This document shows, one piece after another, positions 24,708 through 35,073 of a stretch of DNA of 64,000 nt (position 1 is its first letter; every line of letters begins with the position of its first letter). The stretch comes from Macrostomum lignano (lineage: Eukaryota). The stretch lies in the NCBI GenBank assembly GCA_002269645.1, contig NIVC01000073.1:868001-932000 (forward strand), in the 5' to 3' direction. The position numbers and the translations under genes are program-made. The notes under the pieces were generated by a model. The model saw only the letters and a program-made list of their open reading frames with translations. It ran no database searches and had not been told where the DNA came from.

Positions 24708-26612
24708 TCAGTCAGCTGTCGGGGGCACACCTCTTGTCAGCGTGCAGTTCAGGTTGCTGAAGTGACGAGACATGTTCGTACTTCTATAATAGTTGATCAG
24801 TCCTTCCATGGTGGGGAACCAGCGCTTCTGGTTGAGGCCCAGTCCGTACTGGCCGTCCTTTCGGAGTATCTCAATATGTACAACGTCGCCTGAGACATTG
24901 AGAGACAGCACTCTGCCCTCATCACTGCTGCCTTTCGGTCGAATTAGAAAGGCGCCGTTCTCTTTGTACTTGAGCAGCTCGGCCGCTCTATCTCGGTTCG
25001 CTGTTCGATGAAAGAAGTCTTCCGAACAAAAATTCGACGGCTGAGAGATGCGCCGTGGCTGGCAATTCTTTTTGGCTTGGGCCTCGAAGCAGGCCCGGTC
25101 AACACGGCAGCCGCAGTTGTTGCACAGGTAGCCCTGCAGTACGGTGCCGTTCATGATACCGCCGCAGCCCTGGCATTCCGTGCCAGACGAGAATGTAGTG
25201 AGCTTGAACTCGTGCCCGTTCTTATCCCAGCCAGTTGGGAAACAGTCGGCCTTGGCCTTATTGAGCAACTCGATCCAATCAGCCGGGTCGGCATCCCGCG
25301 GTGACTTGTGCTTCTCGAGCTTCAACCGAGCCCCGGCCTCGAGAGCAATCTCCAGAGTTGTCGCGTCCTTGCGTTTCACGCCCTGCACCTGATCCATTGG
25401 CACGGACATCCAATGGCACAGAGGATCTTTCTTCGTAGCTCTGGACGCTACAAAGAGATACTTGGTTGTGAGAATGCAGTTGCACAGCTCTCTGATCTCC
25501 TTGCGCTCCCCCTGGCTGCCCGAGGCCCGGTAGCGAACACGAAACGACGCGTCCGCCTGCAGCAGCCCGATCTCGGACGGCTGCCTGAGCTCCGCCTTCA
25601 GACCAGTAACCTCGGACAGCACCACGATGGTGTCGTCAGTCTGTTGAGCCTCGCTCTGGTAGACGTCGGCCCTAGTCAGCAGGGACTTCAGGTCGGAGAG
25701 AGCCTTGGACACGGATGGCAGAGTTTCTGGAGCCTCCTTTTTAGCGGTCTTTTCTAACCGGATGAAAAGCTGCTGGTAGTTGGGCAGCTGACGAATTGGA
25801 GCGTCGTAAACGTAGTTAAAGGTGTTTGGGTCACAGATAAGCTTCTCAAGCATCTCCAACTGGTCGTTCTTCTCAGGAAACCGCTCCAATTCGGCCTTCA
25901 ATCTAGCATTAGCCGTTGGCAGGTGCGAAAAATACTGAAAATAGATTTCAATTCGAGGCAGCATGCCGGCGAATACGGAGGAAATGTTCTGGCAGAAGTG
26001 CTCGCAACCCTTCGAAGCTAGAGCGGTGAGCTTGCTGTGGAGCTGCTTGTGCAGCAGGTAGAGCTGGTCAGTGTACCTGAACACAACAGCGACCAGCTCC
26101 TCGTCCCATTCGGACAGGATGCCCAGGAGTTCTTTGCGAAATAGTAGCACTTTGAGCAGCTTCTCAGTGAGCTGCCTCTCGTGATCGCAGATCTCCTGCA
26201 CAACATTGGCCAGGATTCCGCTGTCTCGCGATTGAGCAGCTTTCGATCTCCGCTGGAGCAGGCCGTGCAAAACCCACACGACGCGATCGGGGTCGTTCAT
26301 CTCTACGAGGTCGTCCACTTCGAACAGCTCCTTCTCGCTGGTGCCGAATGCGGTCCAGCATTGACGCAGGAAGTTGCGAATATTGCGCCTGGCCAACAGC
26401 TGCGAGTTGCGCATGTAGTAGGACGTGTAGGCCACCTCGGCCAGGTCCTGTCCTTGGCTCAGCTCTGCCAGCACGCTGCAAAGAATCTCGCCATCGCTTA
26501 GCAACTCGCACAGCTCCGAAGAGGTGGCGCACCCGTCTGCAAAGTCTGGCGACGATAGCAGAGCTCGGATATGCTCGATGCACTCCTTGACTCGCCGGCT
26601 TTCAACTGACAT
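24708..26612 (-). CDS. Vav-like guanine-nucleotide exchange factor (CH-DH-PH-C1-SH2), 634 aa, uninterrupted CDS
   Basis: CH domain (LSDGEILCSVL...SQLLARRNIRNFLRQC...LFEVDDL), helical DH-like and PH-like regions, C1 (HEFKLTTF...CQGC...CNNC), SH2 (GAFLIRP...LSL...VVHIEI...FPTMEGLINYY). Putative 5'UTR intron 26618-26902 (gag|gtaagc...ttccag|aggccATG). Confidence 0.88.
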   Translation of the reverse strand: MSVESRRVKECIEHIRALLSSPDFADGCATSSELCELLSDGEILCSVLAELSQGQDLAEVAYTSYYMRNSQLLARRNIRNFLRQCWTAFGTSEKELFEVDDLVEMNDPDRVVWVLHGLLQRRSKAAQSRDSGILANVVQEICDHERQLTEKLLKVLLFRKELLGILSEWDEELVAVVFRYTDQLYLLHKQLHSKLTALASKGCEHFCQNISSVFAGMLPRIEIYFQYFSHLPTANARLKAELERFPEKNDQLEMLEKLICDPNTFNYVYDAPIRQLPNYQQLFIRLEKTAKKEAPETLPSVSKALSDLKSLLTRADVYQSEAQQTDDTIVVLSEVTGLKAELRQPSEIGLLQADASFRVRYRASGSQGERKEIRELCNCILTTKYLFVASRATKKDPLCHWMSVPMDQVQGVKRKDATTLEIALEAGARLKLEKHKSPRDADPADWIELLNKAKADCFPTGWDKNGHEFKLTTFSSGTECQGCGGIMNGTVLQGYLCNNCGCRVDRACFEAQAKKNCQPRRISQPSNFCSEDFFHRTANRDRAAELLKYKENGAFLIRPKGSSDEGRVLSLNVSGDVVHIEILRKDGQYGLGLNQKRWFPTMEGLINYYRSTNMSRHFSNLNCTLTRGVPPTAD

Positions 26613-27469
26613 GGCCTCTGGAAGCCGAAGTTAGCGTCAAATTTGGATAAAAAAACAGTATTATTTGAGAAGGTTTTGGTAGAAACTTCTCGCTGACACT
26701 TTATACAGCAACTTACAGTAAGTCTGCCTCTTCCAACAGTGTACACTCGTTGAAAGCCATTGTGCAAAACTATTATATTGTGCTGTACAAAGTTCGCGGC
26801 TTTTTATAGTAATTAAACTGTACTGAAAGCAGCTGCAGGATAGAAAAGAATGGATGCAGGGGCCGGGCGAGACAGGTCGAACTTCGGTTGTCACTTGCTT
26901 ACCTCCTCATTAGCTTGCGAAGTTCTGCCTTTGACTGTCTGCCAAAAGACTAACTAAATTGTTATTTTCTTCTTACTCGTAATACAGGTGCCAGTTGAAT
27001 AAGCAATGAGCAGACTTCGCCTCAGCCTCTTGGTAGGCGCGATCCTGTCTCCTAGACAGGTGGGTGCCACATCCAAGAGATAGCAAACTTTCAAAAGCTG
27101 TCATTCGTCGAGATTAACCAGCCTGCAATTTTTTACCGGCTATTGTGGAGGGGGACCTCTGCCCCCCTCTGCGTACGTTACGCTTTTTCTTAAGAGTCAA
27201 CCGCCCAAAATTATCACTGGGCCACTCTGTCCCTCTCTTAAAATTGAACTTTAGACGAACTTCACGAACGGGCACATCATTCACTTAATGTAATACTAAT
27301 AGTAGAAAAAAGTCACGAGAGCAAAGTAGAGCCAAGTATGAATAGAATTCATATATTTCTGACAATTTTTCACGGGTGTTAGCAACTAGCAGGACAATCA
27401 CCAACCAGCAGACAAACGGAAGCTAACGAAGGCCCTGAAGCCGGCGATAACGGCGCAGTCTCGGACAGC

Positions 27470-27790
27470 TCACAACTGGCGAGAGGCATTACTGCCCACT
27501 CCGCAGACTCCCCTGAGCAGGCACACTAGCGCTCGGATACGTACGCGGTCATACGCACAGGAACACTCACACAGGAGTGTACAGCGGCCCTAACTTTATT
27601 TATCGTTAGGCATGTACACTTCACTGTGCCTTGGGGGTTGGTTCTCAAGCTGGGCGTTAATTGCACGAGCAGAGCCAAGCCGAGATTCCAATTCAGCCCC
27701 AAATTAATGTGACTGCACTTGGAATCGAGCCTGGGCCGCTGGCACATCACATTGACCACATGGACCATGCACTGGGCTACGGCAGCCTGT
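27470..27790. repeat. Dispersed repeat, copy A (related copies at 46790-46925 and, inverted, 52455-52740)
   Basis: Shared blocks such as CACTCACACAGGAGTGTA(C/A)AGCGG(C/T)CCTAACTTTAT and GCACGAGCAGAGCCAAGCCGAGATTCCAATT. Confidence 0.85.
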
Positions 27791-28374
27791 CAGTTGTACC
27801 TCTCTCACCTGCCACGGGTCGATCACACTGATTCAGGGGTTTTTATTTGAGCCCTGACTTTCTAATCGTCAGGCATGTAGACTTAAATTTTTCAGAGTAT
27901 TTTTTGCATCGATGCATTCAGACTACTACTACTCTATAGTAAGTAATAAGTATGATCGTGTCCGTGTGCTGTTTTACACAACTAGACTATATAACAGCCT
28001 GTCACTTTCACAATGTTTATTTTCAAATTCACAGATCGAATGAAACAAATCGAATTTGGACCTCTCCAGTTAATTAAAAAGGAGGTACATAAGTTTATGC
28101 ATAAAAAGAAGAGTAGTAATTAATAATTATTTTTGAATGACTACAATTGCTTCAGCTCAATTTAAGTAGATTTTAATTAAATAAGTAATTTCGAAAACAC
28201 AGATAACTAAAAACAGACACTAAAAACTGTTAAAAATGACAATGGAAAAGTATAAGAAAAGTATAAACAGTTCAACGAAAATTGATAAAAATAAACGAAC
28301 AGACAGAAACTTAAAGACCAACGAAAAATTCCTAGTAGGCAGAGCTCAAACACTACTGTCTTGAGTAGCTTCTG

Positions 28375-31300
28375 GAATGTATTCCTACTTCATCTGCTAC
28401 TCTACCCAATCTGCCGCTCTACCCCATCTGCCACTCTACCCAATCTGCTACTCTACCCAATCTGCCGCTCTACCCAATATGCCACCTTACCCAATCTGCA
28501 ACTCTACCCAATATGCCACTCTACCCAATCTGCCGCTCTACCCCATCTGCCACTCTACCCAATCTGCTACTCTACCCAATATGCCACTCTACCCAATCTG
28601 CCGCTCTACCCCATCTGCCACTCTACCCAATCTGCTACTCTACCCAATATGCCACTCTACCCAATCTGCCGCTCTACCCCATCTGCCACTCTACCCAATC
28701 TGCTACTCTACCCAATATGCCACTCTACCCAATCTGCCGCTCTACCCCATCTGCCACTCTACCCAATCTGCTACTCTACCCAATATGCCACTCTACCCAA
28801 TCTGCCGCTCTACCCCATCTGCCACTCTACCCAATCTGCTACTCTACCCAATATGCCACTCTACCCAATCTGCTACTCTACCCAATCTGCCGCTCTACCC
28901 CATCTGCCACTCTACCCAATCTGCTACTCTACCCAATCTGCCGCTCTACCCCATCTGCCACTCTACCCAATCTGCTACTCTACCCAATCTGCCACTCTAC
29001 CCCATCTGTCACTCTACCTTATCTGACTCTACCTTATCTGTCACTCTACCTTATCTGTCACTCTACCTTATCTGACTCTACCTTATCTGTCACTCTACCC
29101 CATCTGCCACTCTACCTTATCTGGTACTCTACCCAATCTGCCACTCTACCCCATCTGCCACTCTACCCAATCTGCCACTCTACCCAATCTGCCACTCTAC
29201 CCAATCTGCCGCTCTACCCAATCTGCCGCTCTACCCAATCTGCCACTCTACATTATCTGCTACTCTACCTAATCTGCCACTCTACCTTATCTGGTACTCT
29301 ACCCAATCTGCCACTCTACCCCATCTGCCACTCTACCCAATCTGCCACTCTACCCAATCTGCCACTCTACCCAATCTGCCGCTCTACCCAATCTGCTACT
29401 CTACCCAATATGCCACTCTACCCAATCTGCCACTCTACCCAATCTGCTACTCTACCCCATCTGCCACTCTACCCAATCTGCTACTCTACCCCATCTGCCG
29501 CTCTACCCCATCTGCCACTCTACCCAATCTGCTACTCTACCCAATATGCCACTCTACCCAATCTGCTACTCTACCCAATCTGCTACTCTACCCAATATGC
29601 CACCTTACCCAATCTGCTACTCTACCCAATATGCCACTCTACCCAATCTGCTACTCTACCCAATCTGCCGCTCTACCCCATCTGCCACTCTACCCAATCT
29701 GCTACTCTACCCAATCTGCCACTCTACCCCATCTGTCACTCTACCTTATCTGACTCTACCTTATCTGTCACTCTACCTTATCTGTCACTCTACCTTATCT
29801 GACTCTACCTTATCTGTCACTCTACCCCATCTGCCACTCTACCTTATCTGGTACTCTACCCAATCTGCCACTCTACCCCATCTGCCACTCTACCTTATCT
29901 GGTACTCTACCCAATCTGCCACTCTACCCCATCTGCCACTCTACCCAATCTGCCACTCTACCCAATCTGCCACTCTACCCAATCTGCCGCTCTACCCAAT
30001 CTGCCGCTCTACCCAATCTGCCACTCTACCTTATCTGCTACTCTACCTAATCTGCCACTCTACCTTATCTGGTACTCTACCCAATCTGCCACTCTACCCA
30101 ATCTGCCACTCTACCCAATCTGCCGCTCTACCCCATCTGCCACTCTACCCAATCTGCTACTCTACCCAATCTGCCACTCTACCCCATCTGTCACTCTACC
30201 TTATCTGACTCTACCTTATCTGTCACTCTACCTTATCTGTCACTCTACCTTATCTGACTCTACCTTATCTGTCACTCTACCCCATCTGCCACTCTACCTT
30301 ATCTGGTACTCTACCCAATCTGCCACTCTACCCCATCTGCCACTCTACCCAATATGCCGCTCTACCCAATCTGCCGCTCTACCCAATCTGCCACTCTACC
30401 TTATCTGCTACTCTACCTAATCTGCCACTCTACCTTATCTGGTACTCTACCCAATCTGCCACTCTACCCCATCTGCCACTCTACCCAATCTGCCACTCTA
30501 CCCAATCTGCCACTCTACCCAATCTGCCGCTCTACCCAATCTGCTACTCTACCCAATATGCCACTCTACCCAATCTGCCACTCTACCCAATCTGCTACTC
30601 TACCCCATCTGCCACTCTACCCAATCTGCTACTCTACCCAATATGCCGCTCTACCCCATCTGCCACTCTACCCAATCTGCTACTCTACCCAAAATGCCAC
30701 TCTACCCAATCTGCTACTCTACCCAATCTGCTACTCTACCCAATATGCCACCTTACCCAATCTGCTACTCTACCCAATATGCCACTCTACCCAATCTGCT
30801 ACTCTACCCAATCTGCCGCTCTACCCCATCTGCCACTCTACCCAATCTGCTACTCTACCCAATCTGCCACTCTACCCCATCTGTCACTCTACCTTATCTG
30901 ACTCTACCTTATCTGTCACTCTACCTTATCTGTCACTCTACCTTATCTGACTCTACCTTATCTGTCACTCTACCCCATCTGCCACTCTACCTTATCTGGT
31001 ACTCTACCCAATCTGCCACTCTACCCCATCTGCCACTCTACCTTATCTGGTACTCTACCCAATCTGCCACTCTACCCCATCTGCCACTTTACCCAATCTG
31101 CCACTCTACCCAATCTGCCACTCTACCCAATCTGCCGCTCTACCCAATCTGCCGCTCTACCCAATCTGCCACTCTACCTTATCTGCTACTCTACCTAATC
31201 TGCCACTCTACCTTATCTGGTACTCTACCCAATCTGCCACTCTACCCCATCTGCCACTCTACCCAATCTGCCACTCTACCCAATCTGCCACTCTACCCAA

Positions 31301-32114
31301 TCTGCCGCTCTACCCAATCTGCCGCTCTACCCAATATGCCACTCTACCCAATCTGCTACTCTACCCAATATGCCACTCTACCCCATCTGTCACTCTACCT
31401 TATCTGACTCTACCTTATCTGTCACTCTACCTTATCTGTCACTCTACCTTATCTGACTCTACCTTATCTGTCACTCTACCCCATCTGCCACTCTACCTTA
31501 TCTGGTACTCTACCCAATCTGCCACTCTACCCCATCTGCCACTCTACCCAATCTGCCACTCTACCCAATCTGCCACTCTACCCAATCTGCCGCTCTACCC
31601 AATCTGCCGCTCTACCCAATATGCCACTCTACCCAATCTGCTACTCTACCCAATATGCCACTCTACCCCATCTGTCACTCTACCTTATCTGACTCTACCT
31701 TATCTGTCACTCTACCTTATCTGTCACTCTACCTTATCTGACTCTACCTTATCTGTCACTCTACCCCATCTGCCACTCTACCTTATCTGGTACTCTACCC
31801 AATCTGCCACTCTACCCCATCTGCCACTCTACCCAATCTGCCACTCTACCCAATCTGCCACTCTACCCAATCTGCCGCTCTACCCAATCTGCCGCTCTAC
31901 CCAATCTGCCACTCTACTCCATCTGTCACTCTACCTTATCTGTCACTCTACCTTATCTGTCGCTCTACCTTATCTGTCACTCTACTTTATCTGTCACTCT
32001 ACTTTATCTGTCACTCTACCTTATCTGTCACTCTACCTTATCTGTCACTCTACCTTATCTGTCACTCTACCCAATCTGCCACTCTACTCAATCCGCCACT
32101 CCACCCCATCAGCC
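28375..32114. repeat. 17-bp satellite (CTCTACCCAATCTGCCA)n, ~3.7 kb, with recurring variant blocks
   Basis: Direct; the many long ORFs here are repeat translations. Confidence 0.97.
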
Positions 32115-32834
32115 GGTCAGCACCTTGACAAACTTGCGCCAGTCGGGATTCTTCTCAATGCCATCCCCAACGCTCGCATCCGAATAGTCCAACATGCGGC
32201 AGCGGCCCAGCTTTGTGTTGACCAGCGCGGCCCGGCACTCCCAGCGGGAGGCGCAGGCGTCCAAACAGCGGAACAAGCCGGCCTTCACATCTTTCTCAAC
32301 CTCAATATCCGTGGAGCAGTAGAATGGAGTAATATCACCCAGCTGCAGGAAGTCGGCCGGCTCAAAAGTGCTGCTGTTTGGCGTCTGCACAGGCTGGCAC
32401 AGGCAGGCCTTCTTACATTTAGTACAGGCGTCCCTCAGACCGTTTCCCCTGACGGCCATGCAGTCGTCGTTCTGGGATTGGTCGTCCGGCATGCCTGACT
32501 CCCAGTCGGAATCGCCCAGTTCGGGCAGCTGGGTGCCGTTGGCCCACAGCCAGCCGGTGCGGTTGCGGTAGCGCTCGACTAAGAAGTCGTTGGCGCCGAT
32601 CCAGAGCTGCGAGCCGCCAATCAGCGGCCTGACGGCTCTGGCGCGCTCGATGCCGAGTGCCAGCTCCCCGTTGATGCTCTGGCAGAACTTGGCCGAGTCC
32701 CACCAGGACCGCTTTGTGTCCGACAGGTTCCAGAACAGGCAGAACCCATTCACCAGGGTGTAGGGTGATGGACAGGCGGCCAAGGAGGCTGGAAGGATCA
32801 CCAGCGCGATGATGACTGCGAATGGTTTCTTCAT
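32109..32834 (-). CDS. Secreted C-type lectin domain protein with a C-terminal PAN/apple-like module, 241 aa, single exon; probable paralogue of 21505-22323
   Basis: Signal peptide MKKPFAVIIALVILPASLA. CTLD CPSPYTLVNGFCL..SWWDSAKFCQSINGELA..LWIGAND..WLWANG..MPDDQSQNDDCM. C-terminal CLDACASRWECRAAL...GRCRML. Confidence 0.88.
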   Translation of the reverse strand: MKKPFAVIIALVILPASLAACPSPYTLVNGFCLFWNLSDTKRSWWDSAKFCQSINGELALGIERARAVRPLIGGSQLWIGANDFLVERYRNRTGWLWANGTQLPELGDSDWESGMPDDQSQNDDCMAVRGNGLRDACTKCKKACLCQPVQTPNSSTFEPADFLQLGDITPFYCSTDIEVEKDVKAGLFRCLDACASRWECRAALVNTKLGRCRMLDYSDASVGDGIEKNPDWRKFVKVLTG

Positions 32835-33254
32835 GACGAAATTTGTCGTATGGCAGATTCAACTGTTCGCTCCAGCCTCAGACTGACTTTGATGACGGCC
32901 GACAGAATATATAAATTGCTCTGGCTCTAGAATTCCTTTGTCTAAAGCGGATCACTTCTCTGTTTGCTTAGCAACAGAAAGATATCAGATTAAAAAATTG
33001 CTTACTCCTGTCTGCGCCCCCTTGGTTTATCTTGATTGCCATGCAATAAATGCTCTGAGAATCTGGGAATCGCCATCAAAGGCTTCCAGCCGCCGAACCT
33101 GTTTTTCTCTATTGTTTGTTTTATTGTTTCAATACAATGCTTCTGGTAGAAAATGATAGAAAAATCATTTGATAAAGAATTGGCTAGACTATACGAGTAT
33201 CTCCTTTAAATTGAAGCAGATCCCACACTGCAAATCGATGCGGGTTAACCTATA

Positions 33255-33795
33255 TGAATTTGTGACAGGCGGCCCAACCTAGATGATTTTGTGACAGGCG
33301 GCCCAACCTAGATGAATTTGTGACAGGCGGCCCAACCTAGATGAATTTGTGACAGGCGGCCCAACCTAGATGAATTTGTGACAGGCGGCCCAACCTAGAT
33401 GAATTTGTGACAGGCGGCCCAACCTAGATGATTTTGTGACAGGCGGCCCAACCTAGATGATTTTGTGACAGGCGGCCCAACCTAGATGAATTTGTGACAG
33501 GCGGCCCAACCTAGATGATTTTGTGACAGGCGGCCCAACCTAGATGAATTTGTGACAGGCGGCCCAACCTAGATGATTTTGTGACAGGCGGCCCAACCTA
33601 GATGATTTTGTGACAGGCGGCCCAACCTAGATGAATTTGTGACAGATGCCCCAACCTAGATGAATTTGTGACAGATGCCCCAACCTAGATAAATTTGTGA
33701 CAGGCGCCCCAACCTAGATGGATTTGTGACAGGTGCCCCAACCTAGATGGATTTGTGACAGGTGCCCCAACCTAGATGAGTTTGTGACAGGCGCT
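33255..33795. repeat. 29-bp minisatellite (GTGACAGGCGGCCCAACCTAGATGAATTT)n
   Basis: Period 29, ~18 copies. Confidence 0.95.
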
Positions 33796-33879
33796 CATCT
33801 TTGCTTATTTTATTTATTTTTATGTTTAACATTGAATCGTTTTTAGCATTTCGTATTTTTATTGAACTGAGGCTCTGAT

Positions 33880-34452
33880 TCTTAATGAACAGGTGTCATT
33901 CTTAATGAACAAGTGTCATTCCTAATGAACAGATGTCATTCTTAATGAACAGGTGTCATTCTTATTGAACAGGTGTCATTCTTATTGAACAGGTGTCATT
34001 CTTAATGAACAGGTGTCATTCTTAATGAACAGGTGTCATTCTTAGTGAACAGGTGTCATTCTTAGTGAACAGGTGTCATTCTTATTGAACAGGTGTCATT
34101 CTTAATGAACAGGTGTCATTCTTATTGAACAGGTGTCATTCTTAGTGAACAGGTGTCATTCTTATTGAACAGTTGTCATTCTTAGTGAACAGGTGTCATT
34201 CTTATTGAACAGGTGTCATTCTTAATGAACAGGTGTCATTCTTATTGAACAGGTGTCATTCTTAGTGAACAGGTGTCATTCTTATTGAACAGTTGTCATT
34301 CTTAGTGAACAGGTGTCATTCTTATTGAACAGGTGTCATTCTTATTGAACAGGTGTCATTCTTAATGAACAGGTGTCATTCTTAATGAACAGGTGTCATT
34401 CTGAATGAACAGGTGTCATTCTTAATCAACAGGTGTCATTCCTATTGAACAG
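33880..34452. repeat. 20-bp minisatellite (TCTTAATGAACAGGTGTCAT)n
   Basis: Period 20, ~28 copies. Confidence 0.95.
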
Positions 34453-35073
34453 GAAGCAGCAGTGATATAAAAGGGGAAAAATAAATAAGAGAATTGAAAG
34501 ATCCAAAAAAGAAATCTAAAAAAAACATTTAACAATTCATTATTAGCTAAATTTAGTCAACTTATTTTTATTTATTATTGATTAAATACTCTGTATTTGG
34601 CATAGAACTAAAATAACAACTAGTGCTAGCATACAAAATATATTGGAAAAATGGCAGACAACTGTCAATCAATGCATCAATTAAAAATGCCAACCTACAA
34701 GAACTGGAAATTTTATCATACATTCATAATTGGTTCAAAATCATAAAGATGGTCAGTCAACATACCAAAACGAATTAAACAAACTACATTCATGTGATAT
34801 AAACTATAACTATAAATCAATTTAATGACGTAATTAAAAAGACTAAAAAAACTGAAATTTGCATTGAAAAACATACAAATAAAATCGTGACAATTATTAC
34901 CGAACAATATGAGATTATTGTTTGTGGCTGTAGTGGAAATGCTTAATGCATAATTGATTCAACTAGGATTACAGAGATACTAGATAGTTTTCGACCTTGA
35001 TAGTTCTTATTAAGTTGCAAGTCGCATATATTAATATTGATACTCGCAAAATAGTTTGAGCAGCTTCAGTCTT

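Noticed and set aside
28361-31407. Long repetitive ORFs in the 17-mer array (likewise 12064-12884, 14477-15501, 22906-23770, 55755-56750, 56872-57665, 63126-63308)
   Set aside because: Stop-free frames of tandem repeats, often open in several frames, with no splice or domain support.
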